Source: an uncultured virus (IMG/VR IMGVR_UViG_3300027769_000015) (taxonomy: Duplodnaviria; Heunggongvirae; Uroviricota; Caudoviricetes). From it: a stretch of 64,000 nt of DNA. Each line of letters begins with the position of its first letter. The stretch's first letter is position 1. Shown piece by piece: positions 18,785-28,927 of this stretch. Below the pieces are notes generated by a model. That model saw only the letters and a program-made list of their open reading frames with translations, was not told the origin of the DNA and ran no database searches. Location of the stretch: IMG/VR virus record IMGVR_UViG_3300027769_000015; one strand, given 5' to 3'. Made by a program: the position numbers and the translations under genes.

Positions 18785-19586
18785 CTATGCTTTTGCTAGT
18801 TTTCTAGCTCTAAATACACCGGTTCCACAAGCACCAGACTTTGCAAAGTCACAGAACGTGCATGAGCGTTCGTTCTTTGTTGGCAAGAATGACGAATCGT
18901 TTATAATTGAATCTAGTGTAGATATTAAATTAATTTTAATATTTTCTATATCATCCTTAGTGAATAGGTGGCCTTTACGCCTTCCGGGACCTAAGGTAAT
19001 ACAGCTCAGCGTATATATTTTTATCTGGATATAAATAGTCAACCGCCATTGCGTATATGCCCAATTGTAGATTGGTTGGTATATCCTTTGGTGACACTTC
19101 CCATTTGCCAGTTTTATAATCTATAATCTTTACGCCATCTTCACCCCAGGAATCTATTCTATCTATGTATCCAGATATCAAATAGCTTCCTAAAACAAAC
19201 CTAAAACCATATTCTTTATGGAGAACATCAAATTTAGTATTGGCGTACTGGTCGAAGAATTCGTCTAGTATTTCTTTCCCTGCATCGATTAGCTCTGGTT
19301 TAATCTTACTATCTGGATCCTGAGTTGTTAACTCCTTAGAGTAGGCGTCTTGTAGTTTAGAGAAATCGAGTGTCTCAGTTGCGCTTACATTATCCTCTAA
19401 TACTGAATGAACTATATTTCCCAGTACAGCTGCCTCACCAAAAAGGCGTGGTTCTTTTTGAATATATGTATAAAAATATTTTGAAGGACACATTTTATAT
19501 GTGTCTATTCTTGAGTAGGAAAAATCAGTTAAAGATAATTTTTCAAAATCACTTACATCTTCTAAGTTTCTAATAGCTAATTTCAT
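18785..19586 (-). CDS. RecB/Cas4-like PD-(D/E)XK exonuclease; needs a +1 shift at CGGA (18983-18986); 266 aa joined
   Basis: SYSRIDTYKMCP, GNIVH, GYIDRID, IIDYKTG, QLGIYA; the shifted frame supplies the C-terminal CTFCDF...C cysteines. Confidence 0.85.
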
Positions 19587-19777
19587 TAGTCTTCAATTCC
19601 ATCCCCGTAAGGATTTTTGTTTTCGAATATTAAATTTCCATTTGAATCGTATTCATTACCAAGTTCATCGATAATATTACCAGTGTAAATATTTTTATAC
19701 TTACCTTCACCGAATGGCGCCCAACCGCTTGTCCCCATTTCCATTTGGTCATCTTCGTTATACGGCCAAGACATCAT
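19586..19777 (-). CDS. hypothetical protein
   Basis: 63 aa ORF with GGAGG SD and TAATG coupling. Confidence 0.65.
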   Translation of the reverse strand: MMSWPYNEDDQMEMGTSGWAPFGEGKYKNIYTGNIIDELGNEYDSNGNLIFENKNPYGDGIED

Positions 19778-19985
19778 CTCCTCCTTCTGTTAAAGAGATA
19801 ACAGTATTGTTAACAGAATCTATATTAAAATAGTAACTTAGTAATCCATATAAATCTGACAACTCCTGAACCGTTGCATTAAAGCCAGCAACTCCTGACT
19901 GTACAAAATAGCTAGGCTCATCTGTGTTATATTCTATTAATGTTATGTTATTAAGTAACATCCTGCCAACTTCATGCTTAATCAT
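19758..19985 (-). CDS. hypothetical protein
   Basis: 75 aa ORF in the operon. Confidence 0.6.
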   Translation of the reverse strand: MIKHEVGRMLLNNITLIEYNTDEPSYFVQSGVAGFNATVQELSDLYGLLSYYFNIDSVNNTVISLTEGGDDVLAV

Positions 19986-19986
19986 A

Positions 19987-20355
19987 TTAATCTTCCTCGT
20001 ATATCATTATAGGATTCCAATTTGGATCATCCATTTTTTCTCTCATGTCAGCAACGTAAGAATCCCAATCTCTTTCGTCTTCTGATTTTTTCTCATACTT
20101 TACTTCACCTTTAAATGGATTAGTCTTAAATCGAGTCATGATTACTTTACCCTCTTTTGTTTTCCATCTCAAGACTCCGTTCTTGCAATCGCAAAAATCT
20201 TCTGGGTGTGGATCAGTTTTACCCAGTGGATCATATCTACCACTACACGAATTGCACTTAGTGTATCTACCCTTATCCTGGCATCTATTGCATGATGCGC
20301 AGAATGTCCAACATGGTTTAGTAGATGGATTCTGATAGGTTCCTGGTAATGTCAT
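19987..20355 (-). CDS. Cys-rich (zinc-binding) hypothetical protein
   Basis: CxxCxxC, CxxC and CxC motifs; GGAG SD. Confidence 0.7.
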   Translation of the reverse strand: MTLPGTYQNPSTKPCWTFCASCNRCQDKGRYTKCNSCSGRYDPLGKTDPHPEDFCDCKNGVLRWKTKEGKVIMTRFKTNPFKGEVKYEKKSEDERDWDSYVADMREKMDDPNWNPIMIYEED

Positions 20356-20358
20356 TTC

Positions 20359-23300
20359 TTAGCTCCGTATGTTTATATATTTTTGTAATTTTTCTTCTAT
20401 TTTTAATGAAGTAGATTTTTTAAACTTAAAAGTTACTTTCTTATTATTCTCTGTATATATTAAATATACATAGGATGGTCCATTAACATTTTCAATTATA
20501 TCACATATACCCTGCACTACTTCTAGGCTTGGAGCATCTTGCACTTCTAACATAATTGATTTACTGCCAATTGCTCTAGACGTATCTATCTTTTCACTGG
20601 AATTATAAAACATCTTTACGATTGCTGACTCTTCTTCGTTCTCTCTGTTTATTGTTCCAGAGACAATAACTACATCACCTTCACTAAAGAAATCATCACT
20701 TATAGTTTTAGACTCCCTAGGGAAAATGATCACTTCTATTTCTCCTGAGAGATCTTCAACTAATAATCGGAACATTTTCTGTCCCTTTTTAGTTATCATC
20801 CTCTTTACTGCCGTTAAAATTCCGCCTACTTTAACATTTGCTCCGTTGCTTATTTCTAATATATCTATTATTTCACCAGTTACATTAGGCGATATTGTTG
20901 TCCACATGCCCTCTATAGGATGCTTTGATACATATATTCCTAATTCAGCTTTTTCTTTTTCTAGTAATTCCAATTCTCTTCTTCTTGTTAAATCACCATC
21001 ATGGGAAACAGTAAACAGCTCATCAAGGGCACCAGCGTAAGCTAGGTGTTCTAACGTAGACTTTTTCAAGGTGGCTGGATCACATCTTCTAAAGAAATCA
21101 TAAACACTAGAATAAGGATTCTTTTCATCTCTCCCTAAAATAATTGCTTCAGCTATAGACTCACCAATTCCATTTATTGCTGATAAACCAAAGATTACCT
21201 GAGACTCACTAAGAACGTTAAAGTCTTTGCCGGATTTGTTTAAAGATGGTGGAAGAACTTCTATCTCCAGTTTTCTGCAGTCTGAAAGATATGCAGCAAG
21301 TTTTTCCTTATTGCCAACCACAGAAGACATCAAAGCTGCCATATACTCAGCGGTAAAGTGTGCCTTTAAATAAGCGGTGATATATGAAACCATCGCATAA
21401 CTTGCTGCGTGAGCTCTATTGAAACCGTAACCACCGAAATATTCAATGTCTGAATAAATTTTATTGGCTTTATCTTCATCTAAATTAGAATGATCTATAC
21501 AGCCTTTTACAAATTTAGTTCTAATCATAGCTATCTTGTCCATGAGTTTCTTACCGATAACTTTTCTTAAGTCGTCAGCTTCAGCAGATGTAAAGCCAGC
21601 AAGTTCTCTAGCTACACCAAGAACATCTTCTTGATATAACATAATACCAAGCGAAGGTCCAAGAACCTTTTCTAATTTTGGATGATCATAAGAGACATGA
21701 CTTCTTCCATGTTTTCTATCTATATATTCCCTATCCATGCCAGAACCCATTGGACCTGGGCGGTACAAAGATATAAGAGCCATTATGTCTTGAATATTTT
21801 GTGGTTGCATTTGAACCATTAATTCACGCATACCAGCAGACTCAAGCTGGAATACTCCCATGGCTTTACCTTGACATAGTAGCTCGTAAGTTTTTTTATC
21901 GTCTATTGGTATGTCATTTACATCTAGCGTGATTTGTCTATGTTGTTTAATTAATTTTATACATGTATCTATTACGCCTAAGTTTCTTAAGCCAAGGAAG
22001 TCAATTTTTAATAGTCCACACTGTTCAACTCTTCCCATGTCCCACTGAGTTACAACAGGCTTATCTGCACCCTTCTGCATAGTGGGTAGATATTCAACTA
22101 GTGATTCTTTAGATATAACAACTCCAGCTGCGTGAATGCCAGTCTGCCTTACCAGGTTCTCTAAACCAAAAGCTGTATCAATTATCTCTTTTGATTGAGT
22201 ATCATTTTTATACAATGTGTTAAACTCTTGAACGTCCATACATTCTTTTAGAGATTTTGAAACACCAAGTACTGGAGGCGGTATTAATTTTGCTACCTTA
22301 TCCCCAGCGGTAAAGTCATAACCTAAAGCTCTGGCTGCGTCTCTGACAGACTGTCTAGCGCCAGTCCTGTTGAAAGTGCAGATATGCGCTACTTTATCAC
22401 TGCCATACTTGCTTCTAGCATAGTCAATAACTTTATCTCTATGTCTATCATCAAAGTCTAGGTCAATATCGGGCATCGACTTTCTTCCTTCAACTAAGAA
22501 TCTTTCAAACATCAAACCAAACTTAATTGGATCTAAATTTGTAATATCAAATGCGTAAGATAGAATACTGCCAGCAGCAGATCCTCTTCCCCATCCAACT
22601 CTAATATCATTTTCTTTAGCCCAACGAACTAAGTCAGACACAACTAAGAAGTATTCCGGAAAGCCCATATCCTTCACTACCCTGATTTCATAGTTAGCTC
22701 TTTCTATGATGTGGTCAGGCAGTGGATTACCGTATCTATTCTTTAATCCCTCCCATGCCAATCTTTCAAAGTAGTCAGTTGATGATTCTTTAGTGGGTAT
22801 AGGAAAGTTTGGAAAATGTATTTCACCAAATTTTAGATTAACATCAACCATGTCGTTGATGTGCATTGTATTTTTTAAATACTCTTCTGAAAATGTTTTA
22901 GCCATTTCATCATAAGACTGAAGATAAAATTGATCTCCAGAAAAAGAAAATCTGTTTGGCGTATGGACATTGCTGTTAGTAGCAACGCATAGCATTATGT
23001 CATGCGCGTGAGCATCAGCTTGGTGCACATAGTGACAATCGCCGGATGGAACTATTCTAGCGCCAATTGTGTTTGCTATTTTTATTAAATCTGGGATGAC
23101 TTGTAGTTGCTCATCAATTCCATGGTTTTGTATTTCTATGAAATAGTTTTCTTTTCCTACAATATCTTGCATTGAAGCGGCGTGTTTTAGTGCAGTGTTA
23201 TAATCGTTTCTTAAAAGAGCCTGAGACACTTCTCCATTTAAGCAGCCTGATAATACTATTATCCCATCAGAATGCTGAGATATTAATTCATGATCAACTC

Positions 23301-23685
23301 TAGGTTTTACATAATAACCTTCGGTGAAAGCTCTGGATGACATCTTGATTATATTATGATAACCAATATTATTCTTAGCTAATATAGTTATATGGTATGG
23401 ACCTCTTTGTTCCCATTCATTTTTAGATGGACCAGATCTTTCCTCTTCATCTTTATCAAACCTAGTCTTTCTAGCCTGATATAATTCAGATCCCAGGATT
23501 GGCTTAACACCTACTGAGTTTCCAGCGTCATAAAAATCTAACCATGAATGTATATTTCCATGGTCAGTTGTAGCTAATCCACTCATACCTAAAGACTTAG
23601 CTCTTGATAAGTACTCTTCTACGTTACCATGACCGTCCAACATGGAGAATACTGTATGGTTATGTAGATTGGTCCAATTTTTCAC
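20359..23685 (-). CDS. dnaE: DNA polymerase III alpha subunit (family C)
   Basis: PHP domain (LHNHT..S.LDG, TDHGN), GRGSAAGS, MPDIDLDF, GLLKIDFLGL, GYGFNRAHA and OB fold. The last codons contain CGGA; a +1 shift there would end the gene at 20352. Confidence 0.97.
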   Translation of the reverse strand: MKNWTNLHNHTVFSMLDGHGNVEEYLSRAKSLGMSGLATTDHGNIHSWLDFYDAGNSVGVKPILGSELYQARKTRFDKDEEERSGPSKNEWEQRGPYHITILAKNNIGYHNIIKMSSRAFTEGYYVKPRVDHELISQHSDGIIVLSGCLNGEVSQALLRNDYNTALKHAASMQDIVGKENYFIEIQNHGIDEQLQVIPDLIKIANTIGARIVPSGDCHYVHQADAHAHDIMLCVATNSNVHTPNRFSFSGDQFYLQSYDEMAKTFSEEYLKNTMHINDMVDVNLKFGEIHFPNFPIPTKESSTDYFERLAWEGLKNRYGNPLPDHIIERANYEIRVVKDMGFPEYFLVVSDLVRWAKENDIRVGWGRGSAAGSILSYAFDITNLDPIKFGLMFERFLVEGRKSMPDIDLDFDDRHRDKVIDYARSKYGSDKVAHICTFNRTGARQSVRDAARALGYDFTAGDKVAKLIPPPVLGVSKSLKECMDVQEFNTLYKNDTQSKEIIDTAFGLENLVRQTGIHAAGVVISKESLVEYLPTMQKGADKPVVTQWDMGRVEQCGLLKIDFLGLRNLGVIDTCIKLIKQHRQITLDVNDIPIDDKKTYELLCQGKAMGVFQLESAGMRELMVQMQPQNIQDIMALISLYRPGPMGSGMDREYIDRKHGRSHVSYDHPKLEKVLGPSLGIMLYQEDVLGVARELAGFTSAEADDLRKVIGKKLMDKIAMIRTKFVKGCIDHSNLDEDKANKIYSDIEYFGGYGFNRAHAASYAMVSYITAYLKAHFTAEYMAALMSSVVGNKEKLAAYLSDCRKLEIEVLPPSLNKSGKDFNVLSESQVIFGLSAINGIGESIAEAIILGRDEKNPYSSVYDFFRRCDPATLKKSTLEHLAYAGALDELFTVSHDGDLTRRRELELLEKEKAELGIYVSKHPIEGMWTTISPNVTGEIIDILEISNGANVKVGGILTAVKRMITKKGQKMFRLLVEDLSGEIEVIIFPRESKTISDDFFSEGDVVIVSGTINRENEEESAIVKMFYNSSEKIDTSRAIGSKSIMLEVQDAPSLEVVQGICDIIENVNGPSYVYLIYTENNKKVTFKFKKSTSLKIEEKLQKYINIRS

Positions 23686-23879
23686 TTGAGTCCTCTTTTA
23701 ATATTTATCTGGTTCAATACATTATCTTTATCACGCTTATAACATACTGTTACTACACCCTTACAATATTTGCACACTGCTGGTAGTCCAGCTTGAGCAA
23801 AGGAACTATTATACATGTGTCTATCTGTCTGTTCAGTTCCACAGTCAGTGCATAAACCAATTACATCATCATCCTGCAT
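23682..23879 (-). CDS. small zinc-ribbon protein
   Basis: CTDCG...CKYCKG motifs. Confidence 0.65.
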   Translation of the reverse strand: MQDDDVIGLCTDCGTEQTDRHMYNSSFAQAGLPAVCKYCKGVVTVCYKRDKDNVLNQINIKRGLK

Positions 23880-25075
23880 TACTCCCCCTTTCTTGGTGCA
23901 GCCCTGTAGGCAAATCGGACTGGTGATGGGGAAGATTTCTCTTGAGTTTCTATAAATCTATCTCCAACTTTAACCCACTTATTTTTCTTTTCAAGAGAGC
24001 AGCTTCCGCATCCCACACCCACCGCATTTGCTCTTTCACATGTGTATGGCCTTCCACCTATTCCCATTTCTCTTCTTCTTACCCAATCGTTTATATGAGC
24101 TTGCGATTTACTTGGGTTATAATCTTCGCAATTGCTCAGTATCTCGTGCAAATAATTAATTGACTCTTCGCTATACGTCAATATAGAACATAAAAACAAC
24201 CTTGCTTCATGCTCTAAGTAGTGGGAACTTTCAGCTTGTTCGTGTAATTTTTTTATAGACGGACACTTTACCCATAATGTTTCTTTTTCAAACACTTTCT
24301 GATTTTGATCAAAAGATTTCAGGTTAGAAGAACCAAACTTGTTAAAGTGTTGCAATATATCTTTTGGTTTATTCTTTTCTTCTTCCATCTGATAAGTAAG
24401 TTGCCTATACCATTCATTTGCTTTAAAGTTAAAAGACTGTTCGATTACATCAAAGGGCTGCGGCTTACTTGAATAGGTAACAATTTCATCTATTCCAGAT
24501 AAAAATATATCTTTTGGTAAGAGTGTTTTAAATAACTTTGTTGCCTGATGCATTGACCCAGGCAGTCTCCACATTCTTCTCATATCATAAACGCTAAAGT
24601 CCATTGAAGAAATAGATAAATCTTCTTTTAACTTATTTGCTATATACCTAAAAACTTTTGGAAGTTCGTTCGATGGATTAATGCCCAGGCTAACTGCTTC
24701 GCATTCTATATGAAAACCTTTTTTCCCAGTGTAATAAACTAATAACGATTCTTGGGGAATATACATAGACAAGTAACCATATAGCCTCTGTGCTTCTTCA
24801 TAGCACAGGTTCATGTCTTCGCTATCTAAGTCAAAATACAATGAGCCTAGTCTAATAGCCTTATTTAAATCAGTAGTATTAAAATGCCAAATAGAAGTAT
24901 ATAGTCCAATGTTACTATGCTTTTGTCTATATTGATCTATGTTTTCCATTTCATAGAAAACTGGATCATCACCGTTCTTATCTCTAATAACTCTGTCTAG
25001 ATTAGGAACGTATCTAGCTACTTCAACGTATTTCCATTGAGAAATAAATTTATCTTTGTCTAAAGGAAGTTTCAT
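23879..25075 (-). CDS. archaeo-eukaryotic-type primase with C-terminal Cys-rich (PriL-like) domain
   Basis: LYFDLD, YTGKKGFH, R.WRLPGS.H; C-terminal CPSI...H..R...PYTCE...C..C. Confidence 0.85.
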   Translation of the reverse strand: MKLPLDKDKFISQWKYVEVARYVPNLDRVIRDKNGDDPVFYEMENIDQYRQKHSNIGLYTSIWHFNTTDLNKAIRLGSLYFDLDSEDMNLCYEEAQRLYGYLSMYIPQESLLVYYTGKKGFHIECEAVSLGINPSNELPKVFRYIANKLKEDLSISSMDFSVYDMRRMWRLPGSMHQATKLFKTLLPKDIFLSGIDEIVTYSSKPQPFDVIEQSFNFKANEWYRQLTYQMEEEKNKPKDILQHFNKFGSSNLKSFDQNQKVFEKETLWVKCPSIKKLHEQAESSHYLEHEARLFLCSILTYSEESINYLHEILSNCEDYNPSKSQAHINDWVRRREMGIGGRPYTCERANAVGVGCGSCSLEKKNKWVKVGDRFIETQEKSSPSPVRFAYRAAPRKGE

Positions 25076-25245
25076 GGTATATGTATTTTACCACTGTCCG
25101 TTTCTATGTGCCAAGCTATTAGTCGATTGTCTTCTGAAATATTCTCATTATTAGATCTATAGTAGATTGATTCCTTTATGAGGAATTCTAAAGAATCATT
25201 TATATGTGCCCTGACATGCATCTTGTCTGGATTTTCAATTGTCAT
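25072..25245 (-). CDS. hypothetical protein (57 aa)
   Basis: MTIENPDKMHVRAHINDSLEFLIKESIYYRS...GKIHIP*; ATGA overlaps at both ends. Confidence 0.65.
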   Translation of the reverse strand: MTIENPDKMHVRAHINDSLEFLIKESIYYRSNNENISEDNRLIAWHIETDSGKIHIP

Positions 25246-25898
25246 TTGCTATTATCAATCTCGACAATTGTATGCAGTTTTGAAGCAACGTTGTCCGATA
25301 GATGGACTATCATATCCATATAGGTGCTAGGTACAGTTTCTGGAATTGGAGACCATGGACCAAGATGACATCTCACTAGTCTAAGTATTGACTGAACAGT
25401 TTCCTCATCTAAAAAAAGAGTAGATGACGCTGATTCCGAACCATACTTTTTATCATTTTCTTGACACTTTTTAACAAAAGCTCCAACTGTGTACGGATGC
25501 ATTGGGTCGTAATAAAAATCTTCCTTACTATCATCGTAGGCTATACCCTTAGTCACGTCATGCAATAAGCATGCTGCGTATACCGTATCTTTTTCTTGGG
25601 CAATTAATCCATAGGAATCACATATTACACTAGCAACTTTAACAACTCTTTTTGTATGAAGAACATTACCACCGACACCGTGCTCGTCAGCCGGATGATA
25701 CTTACCTGAGAAACTAGATGGTATTTTCCAAAATGTTTTTGCCTGAAGTAGAACTGATCTAACAAACAGTTTAATCTGCTGATTGGAAATCAGATTAATC
25801 TCTTCCATGAGAGGAGCTAGTAGCTTGTCTTCCTCCTCATTCACCTTGAATGAAACATCCTCATTTAATAATTCGTCTAATATACTTTTCTTACTCAT
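25242..25898 (-). CDS. HD-domain phosphohydrolase
   Basis: GKYHP...GGNVLHT, LLHDV.K, HLGPW, VHLSD. Confidence 0.85.
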   Translation of the reverse strand: MSKKSILDELLNEDVSFKVNEEEDKLLAPLMEEINLISNQQIKLFVRSVLLQAKTFWKIPSSFSGKYHPADEHGVGGNVLHTKRVVKVASVICDSYGLIAQEKDTVYAACLLHDVTKGIAYDDSKEDFYYDPMHPYTVGAFVKKCQENDKKYGSESASSTLFLDEETVQSILRLVRCHLGPWSPIPETVPSTYMDMIVHLSDNVASKLHTIVEIDNSK

Positions 25899-26058
25899 TG
25901 TCTGAATCCCAATTTAATTTTTCCTTTAAATATATTTGATACTTTTCATCTATTATGGAAACTAAATATTCATAAGGGGTTTGTTTATTTTTTTTTGCAA
26001 GGATAAATAAACTCTTAGATACCTTGCTTTCAAGTATAACACCAAATCTATTTTTCTG
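25891..26058 (-). CDS. small hypothetical, possible ribbon-helix-helix DNA-binding protein
   Basis: MQKNRFGVILESKVSKSLFILAKKNKQTPYEYLVSII; start uncertain (ORF track gives 26100). Confidence 0.5.
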   Translation of the reverse strand, partial: QKNRFGVILESKVSKSLFILAKKNKQTPYEYLVSIIDEKYQIYLKEKLNWDSDNE

Positions 26059-26839
26059 CATTTTTTGACCAGTTTGACCACTTTGAGCAAGGTTTATCAA
26101 ATGGACACTTCTTGCAATACCAAGTCAATCCTCTTCTTGGAATAAAGTTTTCTGCTTGCTCTAATTCATCAGCCCAAAATTTTAAAGAATCAAGATCTTC
26201 TTTAGTTATTTCAAAATCAATAAAAGAAACCTTAGGCATTAGTAAATCTATGTATCCAAAGGATGCTTTAGAGATTCTTTCACCATGCTTTACAGCAAAG
26301 GCGTTGTACATCGTTGCAAAATTTACCTGATACATATGCTGATGGCTGTTCTTATAGTTAAACATTATCTTAATAACATAATATTTATTATTTTTATAAA
26401 GAATAATATCAAATTTATCTTTGATTTTAACCTTTGGGGTAACTGGCATTATGCAGTCTTCGTTTATTGCTATTGGTATATATGTTTCATCTGAAAAGTT
26501 TTCGTAAAAAGATAGCAAAGCAGAAGCTGCCTTAGTTGTAAGGCTAGCACTATTTCCATATGCACTCTCATGCTGTTCTGTCATAATGTCATATGAAGAA
26601 ACATTATCAGAAAACCAAAGCTTCTCCCACCTATTTAAAAGCGATGCGTAAGAAGGCGTATAGCCACCTTGTTTTTTGTAAAAAAAGTAATATATTATTT
26701 CCTTTAAAGTATTTTCGAACCTAAGAGATAGTAGATCTCTACCACCTATTGACTCTGGCATTTTTTGATTATACCTATACTCGTATAGCAGTGAGCATGT
26801 TTGAAAATCTTTTAAAGATTCTGGTGTAATTAATTTCAT
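26048..26839 (-). CDS. PD-(D/E)XK nuclease-like protein, probably degenerate active site
   Basis: ITPESLKDFQTC start and CKKCPF..PC end as in RecB/Cas4-like proteins; the (D/E)xK motif is replaced by IKIM. Confidence 0.7.
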   Translation of the reverse strand: MKLITPESLKDFQTCSLLYEYRYNQKMPESIGGRDLLSLRFENTLKEIIYYFFYKKQGGYTPSYASLLNRWEKLWFSDNVSSYDIMTEQHESAYGNSASLTTKAASALLSFYENFSDETYIPIAINEDCIMPVTPKVKIKDKFDIILYKNNKYYVIKIMFNYKNSHQHMYQVNFATMYNAFAVKHGERISKASFGYIDLLMPKVSFIDFEITKEDLDSLKFWADELEQAENFIPRRGLTWYCKKCPFDKPCSKWSNWSKNAEK

Positions 26840-28290
26840 TAGTTAAAATCTCCATTGTTTAATAAATCATCTAAAATCGATGAAGCGTCATAAGACCCAG
26901 ATGTAACTATTTCGTACTCTTCGTAAGACTTTCTAGAATCTACATATCTAACTAGTGGTGGCTCATAAGAAAATGTTGAGCCTGTAATTCTATTCTTAGG
27001 TATCTGTAGTTGCATTACGTTTTCATCTTCTGAATCATCACCGCTAACTAGTTTCTTTTCGGTGATAAATATAGTTACTGCACACTTCTGCTGAATGGCT
27101 AAAGATCCACCAGTGTCTGACTGCATAACTATTTCTCTTTTTTCTTTCATTCTATTTGAATTTTCTTGTGCTGTAATTATCAACACGCAATTCATATCTC
27201 TAGCTATTTTCTCAAGGCGAACCATCATCTCTTCAAATTCTCCCCATCTAGCTTTACCTTTAGATCTGGTAAACATTGACTGGATAGTGTCGATAACTAT
27301 AACGTCTGGAAGATGCTCGCCCTGGACCAATATATCTCTTAACCAACTTTCTAGATCTTCAAAGTATGGAGTATCTGGATCATGCTTAACCATCAAGCGA
27401 TCACCCCATTTCTCCAAACGATCAGTAAACATTTTTATGTACTTATTTTTTTCTTCTTCATCCCACTTATCTAATTCTGAATAGATATTTTTTCCAGTTA
27501 TCTGGGTCATTAAAATTCTTTCCCAGTGAGTTCTGGCTTCTTCAAAGTTAATATACAAAGCTTTATAACCACAATCTAACCAATTGTTTACCAAGCATTT
27601 TGCAAAGGTGCTCTTACCCTTGCCTGAAGCAGCGATGATTGCATGAACGGCGCCCTTAAAGAAGCCTCCATCATTGGTGTACCCCATTGCTCTATTTAAA
27701 GATTTAAATTGGGTTGGCAAAAAGTCCGGAGTGTCTAATAGAGAGTCTATTTTGTCTATTATTTGGCTTGCTGTGACTACGCCATCTAATGGATCGTAGT
27801 TTATTTTGTTTTCCAAATCAGTTATCTGAGAAGCTATCTCATTCATTCTTGCTAAGTCTTCATCAGACTTGAGCCCCTTTTGGCTTAGTATAATCTCTAA
27901 TTCTTTTAGATAATTCTTTTGCTTAATCTTGTTATCTTTATGCTTTAAAACTTGAACAACAGCTTCTGGACTAGCTAGTTGCATATCAGAGAGAACACCC
28001 ATAAGAGCATTCACTCCCTCATCTCCGTTCAGGGCATCAAATACATGACTCTCTAATTGTATCCAGTTTTTAAATACTATCGGATCAACTATATCTAAAT
28101 CTGTACTAGATACATAGGACAAAAGAGCGTTATAAAATTCATGAACACCATGTTGGTTATCGTTAATGCCAACAATCTGTGGATCTAGATTATCTTTAAA
28201 ATAAGATATAGCTCCCTTTTCCCTGAAAGAAAGAGCAAATACCTGATATTCAATTGGGTGGGTTACAGGAGAAGATTCAGCGTCACTCAT
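26839..28290 (-). CDS. dnaB: replicative DnaB-like helicase
   Basis: AASGKGKST Walker A, YINFEE, VIVIDTIQ Walker B, ITAQEN, PKNR. Confidence 0.85.
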   Translation of the reverse strand: MSDAESSPVTHPIEYQVFALSFREKGAISYFKDNLDPQIVGINDNQHGVHEFYNALLSYVSSTDLDIVDPIVFKNWIQLESHVFDALNGDEGVNALMGVLSDMQLASPEAVVQVLKHKDNKIKQKNYLKELEIILSQKGLKSDEDLARMNEIASQITDLENKINYDPLDGVVTASQIIDKIDSLLDTPDFLPTQFKSLNRAMGYTNDGGFFKGAVHAIIAASGKGKSTFAKCLVNNWLDCGYKALYINFEEARTHWERILMTQITGKNIYSELDKWDEEEKNKYIKMFTDRLEKWGDRLMVKHDPDTPYFEDLESWLRDILVQGEHLPDVIVIDTIQSMFTRSKGKARWGEFEEMMVRLEKIARDMNCVLIITAQENSNRMKEKREIVMQSDTGGSLAIQQKCAVTIFITEKKLVSGDDSEDENVMQLQIPKNRITGSTFSYEPPLVRYVDSRKSYEEYEIVTSGSYDASSILDDLLNNGDFN

Positions 28291-28927
28291 GATTATCTCT
28301 TCTCTTTTTCATTTTTTTGTACGTCTCTTTCTTTCTTTCGTTGTACTGCTTTTTTCTATCCTGATAGAATTTATTTTGAGTAATGCTTTTTTTATTTGAC
28401 TTTGCTTTTTCTGGAACGTGCGGACTTACTCTTATTGCTTGCAATAGTCTATCATAAACAGCCTGCTCACTCAGTTCATCATTATACCTAAATACAACTA
28501 ATGTTATTCCTTCTTGTTTGCAAAGTTCTAATTTTCTTTCGTCTCTTTTTTGAGCCTGAATAAAATCATACTTTGATTCAAAAAATCTTTCAGTATAATA
28601 GAAATGTTGTCTTCCATGAAACTCTGCACCTATTCTATACTCCTGACAATAAACGTCTATTTTTAGACGCTCACCTACATGGTATTCGTTTGTAATTTTT
28701 TGTCCAGGAAATAACTTCTGCATTACTTGAGTAAGCGCGGCTTGGCCTCTTGATGTTTTTTTCTTTTGTTCTTTAACCCAAGAGAGACCAAGCGAATTGA
28801 TCTTTTTGTTTAATTGGACAAATGAATAACCAAGTTCTCTAGCTATAGCTGATATGGTTAGATCTGAGTCAAATAAAAGATCTATTAAAAATAGATCGTC
28901 TTCCTTGTCTTCAGTCTGTCTTTTCAT
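28283..28927 (-). CDS. HTH plus Vsr/DUF559-like endonuclease
   Basis: TISAIARELG HTH; LKIDVY...GAEFHGRQHF...RDERK..LC...GITLV; start placed at MKRQTED. Confidence 0.75.
   Translation of the reverse strand: MKRQTEDKEDDLFLIDLLFDSDLTISAIARELGYSFVQLNKKINSLGLSWVKEQKKKTSRGQAALTQVMQKLFPGQKITNEYHVGERLKIDVYCQEYRIGAEFHGRQHFYYTERFFESKYDFIQAQKRDERKLELCKQEGITLVVFRYNDELSEQAVYDRLLQAIRVSPHVPEKAKSNKKSITQNKFYQDRKKQYNERKKETYKKMKKRRDNHE

Noticed and set aside
12553..19586. Calling the split endolysin, sigma factor and nucleases pseudogenes
   Set aside because: Every lesion is the same +1 event at in-frame CGGW, there are no internal stops or other indels, and catalytic motifs are intact
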